Source: Perkinsus chesapeaki ATCC PRA-425 (Eukaryota > Protista > Perkinsozoa). From it: 41,995 nucleotides of DNA. Positions within the stretch are counted from its first letter, which is position 1. Each line of letters starts with the position of its first letter. The notes beneath the pieces are model-generated. The model did not search any database and had not been told where the DNA came from. It saw only the letters and a list, made by a program, of their open reading frames with translations. This document shows positions 23,764-34,759 of this stretch, in pieces. Both the position numbers and the translations under genes were made by a program. Location of the stretch: assembly GCA_013115145.1 (NCBI GenBank), contig JAAPAO010000296.1, positions 1 through 41,995 of the forward strand, written 5' to 3'.

Positions 23764-25204
23764 ATGGTTCACGTCGAAGGCGGATGTATTGCTTGGTCGT
23801 TGATGGCCAACATAATGTTCGGCACAGCTAATTTTCTATTATCATACTGTAACTCGCAGCCCGGCACCGCGCCGTGGGGTGTCGTAGGGTTGGTCTGGTT
23901 AAGCTCTGGCATTTGGGGCTTACTCGCCGCTATTTATTATAAGTATGTATCTCATCGCATCTAGATGTTTGGAATCCTTCTGTGATGACAGGTCCACCGT
24001 GGGCACTATTTTCTTCAACGAAAGAGACGTTGAACTGTACAATACACGTCATGAGCATCTTCCTGGTGGAGCAATGTATACTAAGGCAGACGGCAGTTCC
24101 GTTAGCCTGGGTTCAAAGCTCCTTACAATGGGCGGAAGTGGGACAATTAGTCACAACAGGGGATGAATCGTTTTGTCAGGTTTATTTATCGGCTGGTCGC
24201 AGGTTATGATGCAGCGAGCATTCGCTACCGACCCGCAGTCCACCGGTCCTCTTATGGCAGTTTCATCATCTGACATAATGGTGAGCCTCGTGAGTGTTTG
24301 CCTTTTTATGTGTTATCCTTGTTAGGTAGTTGGCGTGTTCTGTCACTTCTTCTATAATGAACGACTCACCTTTATGCAGGCGATGGCAATCGTCGTAGTT
24401 CTTACAGGTACCGCTCTCTGCTGTAAAGTTCCCTTATTTACTTATCAGGTCTGGTGATAATGGCCGCTTTCGATTCGTCGGTTGGTCACTTCATCGGTTT
24501 CGTTTACGCTGTTCTCGGTATGATAACATTTGCTTCAAGTATGTTGGCTACGCGTTACACGTGTATAGAGGGTATGGCAAGCGGGTAGGCCATTCCATGC
24601 ATCCTACCAATTCAGACTGCCTCCCACAGGTCCCGCTTCGCCGGTCGCATGTTGATGATGTTCATAATGGGTTCATTCTGTTGTTGCTGGCAATGGTCCG
24701 AAGGTGCATACGTCATCACGCCATATGATGATCTCATGGCGAAGTGAAATAGTCCATGTCCTTCCGGTCCTCATGATTCAAATCCCTTTCAGATTCTTCT
24801 GGCCGTGCATGTCCGGTATGGGCCAGTTCATCGGTGTAATCGCCCTGAACAACGCATTAGCCTATCCCTCTACTGCGGTTGTCAACGTTATAGTCGCATC
24901 CAACTCGATTCTCGGCTTAGGACTTGCCTATTTCACTCTGAACGTGGTCCCCACTCCAGCAAAGCTCATTGGTGAGTCTGCCGCCTCTGGAATGTTACTC
25001 TTTACCGTGTTCTCAGGTATGTTCATTGTGGTCATTGGTGTTGTTCTGATAACCGTATGGAAACAGGATACTCCTCTCACTCATAAAGAGTCGATTCTCG
25101 AAGAGGCCATCGTTGAGCCTCTTCTCGGTGGGAATCGTCGACCGTCTATTGTGACCCCAAGAAGTAGCTGCAGGAGAATCTCAAGTACGAGAGCAGCTGC
25201 ATAG
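23764..25204 (+). CDS. Drug/metabolite transporter (EamA-like) paralogue 2; 7 introns
   Basis: MVHVEGGCIAWSLMANIMFGTANFLLSY..., AFATDPQSTGPLMAVSSSDIM, ALNNALAYPSTAVVNVIVASNSILGLGLAYFTLNVVPTPAKLIGMFIVVIGVVLI. Colinear with paralogue 1. Confidence 0.8.
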
Positions 25205-25838
25205 TGTGTTGATGACAGTTACGAAACTTTTATATTATCGTATTTATTATCATACTGAATCAGTGCGTACTCATCCCATTTCATGGGCTCGTTATCGTTG
25301 AGAAGGGCCGTCGGGGATCTTAGTGACATCCCTAAATTTATAAGAGGAATTAAATCTTTGTTACACTGTCCTGCAAGAAAGCGTGTTTCCCTTCTATTTC
25401 TTTCCACTAATTTTTTGTATGCTCCTAAGGCTATCATCACTCTGATTCTGATTGGAGCTGAAGCAGCAGCTTCCTTCATTCGGAGGTTGCTGCATCAGAA
25501 CAGTGTTGTTATCATTGTATCTCGCCAAAGTGTATGAGCCCTCATAAGGGCTAAAGTCTCTCGCAAGTACGCTTTTACTGCTTATGCGTTCGTCAATTCG
25601 AAAGTATGATTATTGGCGTGTCAGGAGCCTAGTATGAGTTCTGGATAGTCGCGGAATCGCGGTGCCGAGCTTCATGCCAAAGCTCATCTTTCCAATTTGT
25701 CGAAAATGACGAATTGGCAAAAGGCAAGAGTGTGCAGTGTAGAAGTGTTATGATGGGCGATAATAATAGTAGGATATAATTGATTAGATTATGATCATAC
25801 ATATCTTGGCCATGACAATAGCAATGTTGTGTTCTTCT

Positions 25839-26795
25839 ATGAGGGGCAGGATATTAACAAACGGCGTAACCAACCACCTTAACACGTACCGACTTCTGCG
25901 ATTCGGCAACAGAGATACATCGCTGCGAAGCTATCTGAATCGGAGTCCGGTATTGGACTCGAGACAAACAGTATTGCCATCATGGCAATCTGTTATATGT
26001 AGAAACAGCGACTGGACGTAAAACGTAGTTCTCGCTGTGGACTACAGCCTGTGGTAACACTGATACACCTCGGGATCGCGCAACATGCCACAAAGTCAGT
26101 TCTCGGAAGTTCGGGAGTCGATATACCGTCAGACCCTCAGATCTTATAGTCATGCCACGACAGAGCCCGGTCGCCGAAAAAGCCGACGGTTTCGGCGTTG
26201 TTCCGGGCGCTGTCAAAAAAGCTGCTGGGTTCATCGCTCGAACAACACTGTCTCTACGGGAAAGTTTGAAAATGGAAGCCATTGGGGAATGCAAGAGAAG
26301 GCATCCCCTAGTGAAGATGACCGAGAAGGAGATATTCCAGCAACCTTAGTGAGTGCGGCTTCCTCAATACTCGGTGATCATATCTGTCAGTTACACTGGC
26401 TACCTTAATGGTTTCAAATGCGAACGGTGTGGGGTTAATTCCTTGAACTTGGTGGACAAGACGGGCTACATGTGCACAGAATGCGAGTGAGCGTCGATAA
26501 CACCTTACTTGGTAAGTATCAGTTCAGGTACGTTCTTTGCGGGCTTTGCTACCAAAGCTCCAAAGCAGAGGTTGTCGAAAGGATGTTGAACAGCAAGCGA
26601 CAAGAAGTAGGTTGGCTTGGACTACCTCAAGGCTACCGATGAAGGCTTTGGGCTATTATCGAACTCAGTGAGTTGTTGTGACGTTCTCAGAATCGTGCTC
26701 GATTGGCACTAATGAAGTCGCAGATGAGCCTCTCGCTGTACGATGACAACAAGTCGCCAAGTGCAAAGAGCAGAAAAGCCGCTCATGATCGATAA
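25839..26795 (+). CDS. Zinc-finger protein with ZZ-like finger; 5' exon structure uncertain
   Basis: Spliced ECKRRHPLVKMTEKEIFQQPYYTGYLNGFKCERCGVNSLNLVDKTGYMCTECEYVLCGLCYQSSK (26290-26552): C-x3-H plus three CxxC pairs, followed by a helical tail to a stop at 26793-26795. Confidence 0.6.
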
Positions 26796-26951
26796 CATGA
26801 CACTTTGTCAGTGCCTTCACAACCCTCAGTCATGTCTATATGATTCATTTGCGTTAGTATGCCTTGTAGCACATTAGATCATCACGAATGTATGAATAGC
26901 GAGGATGATTGCCCTCCGAAGCTTTTAACTCAACAGATGAAGCGTGCCAAA

Positions 26952-27691
26952 TCAACCCGTCTGGAAGAAGCCAGCGTTAGCGCTGCCTCGCAGTCTCCCG
27001 CATTTGAAACATTCCGCCGCTTGCTTGAAGTTGATCGTCTGGCATTTCGGACATGTCCAATCTTGTGGCCCTGAAAGTGCCAGCGTTCCAGAGACTTCCA
27101 AGCACAACAACAGAGCAACGATGAATGTGATCAGATCACCGTCAAATACCTGGCTTATCGCCTCGCCGAGGTGGGCGGACCTTCGTGTCAGGCTTCTCAC
27201 GTTCAGCCACAAACCCAGTGGTGGAACTGGACGAATGCTGTCGATGATACTGAAGCTTCCAAGTTTACCTGCTCATCCCCGTCATTCCAAATGCCGTCGA
27301 GAAGGCCTTCTCTCGAGGGTCTCGTTCACCACCGTAACCCTAAACGATAGGCTTTATTCGATCAAACGTTAGTCCACTCGTCACTCACAACGGCTCCAAA
27401 ATCCATGGGCAAGAGCATCTCATCGGTACTCGCTTGTGCCAGCCTCTTCAATGCTTCCATTTCCAACAACTTATCAGCTTCCTTCTTCTTGCTGTGCCGC
27501 TTGTGATGTTTCTTTTCACGCTTCTTCTCTTTCTTGTCCTTCGAGTGTTTTCGATGCGGACTCCTGTCCCCCGATCGAGACCGTGAGCGATGTCTACGCG
27601 ATTTCTTCTCGGACCGCTCGGCGTCTCTGTCATGACGGTCCCTCGACCGACTACGGTACCGCTCGCGCGAACGATCGTCTCGGTGACCCAT
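26952..27691 (-). CDS. RS/Lys-rich protein with C-terminal RanBP2-type zinc finger (putative splicing/RNA-binding factor)
   Basis: N-terminal MGHRDDRSRERYRSRSRDR...KKEKKREKKHHK. Three GT-AG introns join in frame to DWTCPKCQTINFKQAAECFKCG (W-x-C-x2-C-x3-N-x6-C-x2-C, 27000-27059). Confidence 0.85.
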
Positions 27692-27805
27692 GGAAGTCTA
27701 CTAACGGCGAGACTCGATCGCTATCGCGCCGTCCACTGTAACGCAACTCATCCCGAGGACTGTGATGTTAATTACGTAAATTTGACAATCATACACAAAG
27801 TGTTC

Positions 27806-30132
27806 TCATCTACGACATAGTCGACATCCTCTGTTCCGTGGTAAAGACTGCCGGCAGACACGTCGCCACTCCCTCAGCTGTCGGTCTCGAGCTTGCCGCT
27901 TGCCACTGGCGTGGTATAATAACGTAGCGTTCCAGTGACTAATGTACTCGAAACCCCAGCGTGAAGGTAGAGCTTCGAGCGCCAGCCGATAGGCGTCCAC
28001 CGCGACGGTCCACTCATCCTCGTCGGCGGCTTCCAATCCCTCACGCCAGTAGCTGCATGCCCGGCTGAGCTCGGCGGCCACGTGGCCAGAAGTGCTGAGT
28101 ATCGGGCTTAGATTGAAGTGCTTGTGGAGCATGCCATCAAGTGGTGACCTCTCCCTACTTCCACAAAACAAGTGCGGCAAGCACTCCTCCCAAAGGTCTC
28201 GACCATTGGGATCCAAAATGTGGCCTGCGGGAACTGCCACAGGCCCGGCGCTATGACACAGCGGGCAGGGGTAATTGAGGAGGGTTGGTGAGAGGACTGA
28301 TCGGCCGGCTGAAGCCAGCACCTCGATCCCCTTCATTTCGGGATACTCCGGGGCGGCCACCTCGTGGGTGTGGTCTTTAGGCTGCTGCCTTACCGTCGAT
28401 CTCGGCTTTTGGCGAGGCTGCTGCTGCTCCAAGTCACTACAGTGAGTAGCCACTTGCGGTCGGCTCGTTTGTTTCGGCGTGTTTTCTTTTTCTGCATTTC
28501 CGTGTGATATTGCATGCTCTATTGCCATGCTCTCATATGCGGCAGTGTTACGATCTTGCTCCTTCGAGGCTACTGTACCTCCGGATAGATTCTCAACAGG
28601 TGGACGTGGACTCGACAACTTGGGAGAAAAGTCTCGTCTGGTAGAGGTCGCCGCTGAGCCCTCGTCGGCATGCTTAGTGTGGTAGTCCGCTGGGATAGAA
28701 GAAGGCCTTGGGGTGACATATGAATCGGCGACTGTCGCCCACTCGACAACCCTCACTGGACCACCGCCGCCGCCGCCAACCAGGTGCGGGCTAGAGGCAG
28801 CTGGTACCGTAGGTATCGGCGATGCCAGAGCTCTCTTGGCACTCTCTACGTGTCTATTCGTGGCTGATCGATCAGTAGCAGGCTCGCTCTTTGTCGTTTG
28901 GGGAGTCAAGTCCAACAGATCTCTCTCGATTACTTCTTCTGGGACCTCGGCGAGGGTGACCGCCTCCACGACGGGCCTGGCTGGCTTGAAGGCGGGGCTG
29001 CTCGGGCGGCTTGCTGTTGCATTGGAGCCTATCTCCTCGAAGTCATCCTCGTATTCTTCTTCCTCGTACTCCGCCTCCCGTCTCTCGAGTATTTCCTCTG
29101 GTGGCTCTGGCACGCTGTCAAGAGAAGTCAATCTTTGTCGCAGACCAGAATTCGCCAAGGAGGTGGACGCGGCTGTGGACGGAGGTGAAGAGTCCGCCGT
29201 TGACGTGAATGACGTCCCACGGACCATTGCGTCCCCTAGTGGATCCACCACAGGTCTGTCCGGGGCAACTACGGCTGCCGAGGAGGATGATGAGCTGCTA
29301 CTGCTGGCGCTGCTAGCTTGACCGAGTTCCAAAGGTGGCAATCGGACAGGTGTGGCCGGGGCATGGCCGCCGATAGGGCGCGGAGCGGTATCGCCATCAG
29401 CAGGAGCCGTGGCTGAGCCAGAGGAAGCCGATGCCATCCGTATTGCAGTGGCAGAGGATTCGCTGTCTCTATGCCCCTCGGGCTGGTTATGCACCACCTT
29501 CATAGTCTCCTAAGCATCACATACAACTGATAGCGAGACTCTCCTTGGCCTACCTTCAGGCTCTCCAGTTCATACTGAAGCATGTTGAATGTAGCGGTGA
29601 ACTCACTATCCTCCTCCTCCTCCATCCGAGCACTCGACCACGCCTCCTCTCCAGGATTTGCCGAGGCCGCTTGTGGTGTTAGTGACTCCGCCGGGGAAGG
29701 CTTCTGGACTGTTATACTCACGTATCCGAGGGTCTAAAGGGGCACAGTGAAGATGGAGCAACGATGCACTCCCTTACACTGGACGGCTCGGTCGCGCTCC
29801 TGTCGAGTGGGATGTGCCTGATGAAGCGTACGAAGGCACGTGGCGGCCAGGACCAACCCTAAGGGGGTTTCGGCATCCTCCTCAACCTGGCTTAGGGCCA
29901 CAACTTCATCGTATTCTTCTGATATGCGGCGCGCAGTCGATGAACCCTGAGGAGCAAATGTGCGGTTGTGATGATGATGGCAGGCGAGTGGTACTGTGTG
30001 ATGATGACCCTGCTGGTGTAGGGTGTCCTTCATCTCAGTTAGCTCCTTCATGCTCTCCTGCATGGAGGCAAGCATTGACTCAAACACCGAGGACGAGGAA
30101 GAGGACGCCATGCCGCTGCTACTGGAAAACAT
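27806..30132 (-). CDS. Hypothetical protein, mostly disordered, with 1.7-kb terminal exon
   Basis: ORFs 29734-30156, 29500-29721 and 27806-29503 join through GT-AG introns (e.g. ESLK|ETMKVVH). Ser/Ala/Glu/Pro-rich, with a structured-looking C-terminus (CPLCH...). Confidence 0.6.
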
Positions 30133-30214
30133 GAACCGAGGGCCATGCCGAGTCAAGTGAAACTCAAGTCGGTGAATCCATGCAGCAGTAGCTATCGATT
30201 ATGAAACAAAGACA

Positions 30215-32944
30215 TTATCCTTGCAGCTCCACTTTAGCGCCGCCGCCACCGCCTCCGGAGTCTCGGGCCTGACAGGCAGCGGTAGCATACTATGGGGAAG
30301 GCCTGCACCACCCAGTCACCTTGGTGGGGCTCGGCAGACTCCTCCTAAGCTTCTCAAGAGCCTCCCTCGCTCCAGCGTCCAGATCGATACGCACCAGTTC
30401 CAGAGCCGGAGACTTGACGTTGGCCTTCGAGGTCTTGAGGGCTGTGCTGGCATCCACGACCTGCAAATAAAAGCCTGACAGCAACCAGGGCAGTTTGCTA
30501 CTTTCGTGGGTGTCCGCACAAGCGTCGGAGTTATTTTGCGTCTTGACTTCTTGGCCATGGCGACCTTTCCTGGGCTCGGCGGCGGCGGTTTGAAGAGGAT
30601 CGAGGATCGCTTTGCTGGGGAGCACATAAAAGCCGCTGGAGAAGGCTTCAGGCCACCGGAGGAGGGGGATGTCATAAGGTTCGCCGCCTCACTTCTCACG
30701 AAGTCTGCAGCCTCAGCGAATACTGTCTGGACCATAGGCGAATGGATTTTAGGGGACGGCACCTGAGAGAGAGTATATTGGTACTAGTCCTGTCGGGGAT
30801 TTGAGTACTGGTCTGGCGTCTGCGGTGATGACGACTGGCTGGGGTTGCTTCATGGCATCGGTGGCCGCCTTATCATTATTAATTAAGGGCATATACAACT
30901 GCTGCTGAGCTGGCGGGCCCGCCTTCTGCTGAACTTCCTGTATCAAATACAATATCGACAACAGCTACACGCCAGCAGCAGCAGTCTGAGGTCACCTCCG
31001 CCTTGCAGGGTGATCCACCCAAGTCGACCTGGTCCAGCTCGCACAAGGTAACATAGCCGTCACTACCGGCCACTGCCAGGAACTAAAGGGCAACTTAATG
31101 ATAACGGCGTAGTAGCAGCCCAGGCGGTGGAGCCTACTCTGCCGGTGTCATCAAAGGCAAGGTCTACTATACTGGTGCAGTGGAGGTCTGATCCTGCAGC
31201 TCTGGGAAGCCTTCGCCCTGATTCAAAAGAAGCAACTTTGACGACGAAATGCAGCACCGGACGCCAGAAAGGATATCTTCGACGTTTCCGGTACTACTCG
31301 AACCTAGTTTACTATCAACCTTGCTATGATACCTCCACAGTGTAGAATTCATTCCTGCCCCCACAGTTGGGATGGCTACCTTTGTTGAAGACTGTGGTGT
31401 CATAAAGGGCTATCTGTGCAGCAGCAGTGCCAATTGTGAACACGTAATGTAGGGGATTCTCATCAGAGCCAGGTGGTCGGACTGGGAGAGGGAAGAACCT
31501 AAGCTGCTGGGATGACTTGGACACGGGGACAGGGGCCATGACCTGGTGCAGACTGTAGGGGAAGTAGAGCCAGAGTTGATAATAGCAGCTGGATTGGAGA
31601 AACCATCCCCTCGGGCCAGCACCAGACACCCATAGTCACCATGGGGAGTCAGGCATCCCGGGACCAACAGAAGGCGGCCATCCGGGGAGAAACTGGGGCG
31701 CCTGAGCGAGCAGACCAATACAGTGAAGCTGCCACATACGACTTAACGCACCGAAAGAAGTGAGCTGTGGCGTCATGTGCATAATGACTGTCATTAATGA
31801 AGATCTTCTCTCTGACAGTCTTCTCCGCCAGGGACGCTGCCACCGAGTCATCGGCTCCGGCCTCTCCAGCCGACACCGTCTCCTTGGCGATCACTTGTGC
31901 GTCGTAAGTTCGAACAACTGCTTTGGGGTAAAAGCTCTTCCGTTTGTTCCTGGCCCAGATTCGACAGGTCCTGTCAGCACTGGTAGTGCATATATATCGG
32001 TCCCGAGGGTCCCATGCTACACCGAGAACCCTAAACCGGATCTACCATTCGAAAGCAAACTGCTACCATCATCACCTAGAAGTGTGACCATCAAGCCTTT
32101 GAATCTGCTTGGCTGTTGCCACATCCCACACAACACAGAGCTCCCTATGGAGGCACACAGCCAGCTGGCGGCCATTCGGCGACCATGCTATACCAGACAC
32201 CTGTGCTGAGGCATAGAGGCGAGCGGCGGCATAGGCTACCTCATCGAGGCAGTTGAGGGCTCTTGGCTGGGCGACCCATTGCATTTCACCTGTTAATGGT
32301 GACTCCGTGTAGACCCAGAATACAACGTGCCCGTCATCACCAGCCGACGCCAGCACTGGTTGCTCTAAGGCAGGTAATAAGGTCGGCAAGGCTCCGCCGA
32401 GTGGGGGCCTACCTCCGGGAACTGGAGGAGCGAATCTTACACACGTCACACAGCCATGAGAATGGCTGCCACTAAGCTCGGCGTGCAGTCTGAAGCAGAT
32501 ACCTCACCGTGGGTAGTAGGGGAAATGGGTTAGCTCACTCCAACGCTGGGACCGCCGGCCCTACTGTCCCAGCACCCGAAACACAGCCCATCCCTTCCCT
32601 ATCTTGAGACCCTGTGGAGGCTGTGGGACTACCGCTGCCCTCCCTAGCTGGTGGAGACTTCTCCGCTGTTCTCTTACCAACACGCCAAAGTCGAACTACG
32701 GTATCGGCGCCACCGGTGGCACAAATGATGTCATCGGAGGTTGTAGAGGAAGACGCCACATCTGATAGCTATTGCAATAGATACCCAGCCCTGGCCTCCC
32801 ACTACCCTCCGCCTGCTGCTGTCCGTCACTGCTCTGGTCTTCTGGGGGTTCCGTAAGGGGACGGTGCCAAAAGTCAATAGTGAAGACATACTCCGGCTTA
32901 GAGCCAGTGCCGTGAAAGAAGACCTCCTGTGGATGTAGCCGCAT
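30215..32944 (-). CDS. CHAF1B: Chromatin assembly factor 1 subunit B (p60/Cac2/FAS2-like WD40 protein)
   Basis: MRLHPQEVFFHGTGSKPEYVFTIDFWHR (cf. EIAWHNKEPVYSLDF), ATGGADTVVRLW, TCVRFAP...LASAGDDGHVVFW, IAWSPNGRQLA, RRPSFSPDGRLLLVPG, DLHCTSIVDLAF, GSDGYVT. C-terminal RRKITPTLV. HIRA is a related alternative. Confidence 0.8.
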
Positions 32945-33283
32945 ACACTGATGCTAATAACAATAATAAACTCTGAATTTAGGGAAGGTCACCTTGGATC
33001 AAAGGATGCACTGTATTTCATGGAGTGCCTAGTTCGGAGAGATAACGACTACCTTAGTAGTCGTTAGTAGTTAGTACTACGACTGTAGTACTAACACGAT
33101 AGTGTCATCTAGCTTTGACAGAGATGGGAAGCGGAAGGTAGCAAATCCGTTCCTCCTGAGGATACCATGGTCGTCCATGGCCCTCTACACCCAAGCCCGG
33201 AGCGCAACAGCGGGCATTCCGTGAAAGATGTCAAACGACGGCAGAAAAAAGGTATTGAAGTTTACATTGTCAAGACGTGTTGT

Positions 33284-34728
33284 CTAAAAGCCTGGGAAGA
33301 TGCCAGTTACGTTTTGCCCCCGGTCTGCTGCTGCGGCCAAAGTTGCCCCAATAGATGCCACTGCACCAGCGAGGCCTTCGTAAAGGGAATACGGACGGTC
33401 AGCAAAGGTATCGCTGAGCCATTGGCCGTATTGGGACGTGAACAAAGCGAACTGTCGAGCACGATGAAGCCACACACGGTGACCTTGATCCCAAGAGGCT
33501 GTCCGATGGCAGTCATCCAGATACTACCTGTATAGGTGTAGACGGCTACCAGTGCCATAGTACTACCACCGACACCATGGCACAGCCCAGCGCCCTTCTC
33601 AGCAAGGAGGCCTCGCTCGTACACAACCTAAGGATTGATCCACCGGTAGTAGGACAGAGAAGATTATAGGAGTACCTCGCCAAGACTACAGATAGTATCT
33701 TTGATTCTAACGAGGACGCCTTCGTAACCTTCGGGCTTTAACAAAGATACCGCCCCCGCGAGTTGAACCAGGGCCGGTATCCACCCAGTCGCACCGTGGC
33801 ACCAATGCACCAAATTTCCTGGCAATCGAGCAGCATCGGCATCCTCCCCTCTGAAGGTCCTTACCTCCGGATCTACTGCCGACACTCGACTCTATATTAA
33901 CATTTCTACATCGGCAATGTTCCAATACCCAGCTAGCCGTGGCCAACAAACGAGCCAGAAGCTCCGAGGCACCCTCTGGATTGTACTGTTGAATGTAGTC
34001 ACTAAGGACATATATTATACCTATTAAACTAGTACCACCACGGCAGAACCAGAGCCGCTACCCGCAGTGCCATGAGCTGCTCCCAGGTAAGGTTTATGGT
34101 GCCAGGTCCACTGATAATGGTCCCCTTGCCAGTGGGACTCGGCATCCACCACGGCCCTCACTATATCCCGGCATACTACACCTATCTCCCTCCTATCCGC
34201 CTCTCGTAGCTCAGCATGTTTATTAATCCACAATAGAGAGCTCAGATATCCAGCCCGACCATAGAGCAGTTCGCATTCGGAAGCTGGCAACTCCCTAACC
34301 ACTCGAGAGAAGTCCAATAGCTCCCTCAGAGGTGCGCCATGATCCCCGGCCAACACCAGCAAGCTCCGGTGGGCAACACCAGGCCCCTCCAGAAGAGACA
34401 CTCGACGAGAGCTCAGACTGGGAACAGATGGCTGTTGAATAGCTGCCCGCCAGTCATATTGACGTAACCCGGTCAAGTGATACCTCTCCAAAGCAGCTTC
34501 CAGCAGGAGCCCACCGCCCAGCTCACCGACATAGACGGCTCCTAGGTCAGTATCCCGATGACGGCCGAGCATATGCTGTCGGACCACCTTAATCAGTGAG
34601 CTAAGACCGTCGGCAAGATCCGACTCCAAGGCCACCTCCGGGAGCTGATTGATGTAGTATCTTCCGTTACTAGAGATATCATACGGTGGAGGTCCAAGGT
34701 GAGACATGGTCCACCTATCCGCTGACAT
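33284..34728 (-). CDS. LANCL: LanC-like protein (eukaryotic LANCL family)
   Basis: CELLYGRAGYL, WHHKPYLGAAHGTAGI, LVHWCHGATG, GLCHGVGG, WLHRARQFA and DRPYSLYEGLAG...FPGF* are canonical LANCL motifs, joined by GT-AG introns. Confidence 0.92.
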
Positions 34729-34759
34729 TGCCAAACTCAACACTGAGTATAAGGAGAAG

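Noticed and set aside
25219-25690. Small minus-strand gene and hairpin AGCCCT-CATA-AGGGCT (25537-25552) as a SECIS or terminator
   Set aside because: No consistent splice model or domain was found. The 6-bp stem lacks SECIS features and no in-frame Sec context was established.
28479-29321. Long plus-strand ORFs (e.g. 28713-29321) and similar antisense ORFs across the window
   Set aside because: They are shadows of low-complexity coding sequence on the opposite strand.
33284-34728. Lanthipeptide biosynthetic cluster
   Set aside because: No LanB/LanM dehydratase, precursor peptide or transporter is adjacent. The motifs and introns fit a stand-alone eukaryotic LANCL.
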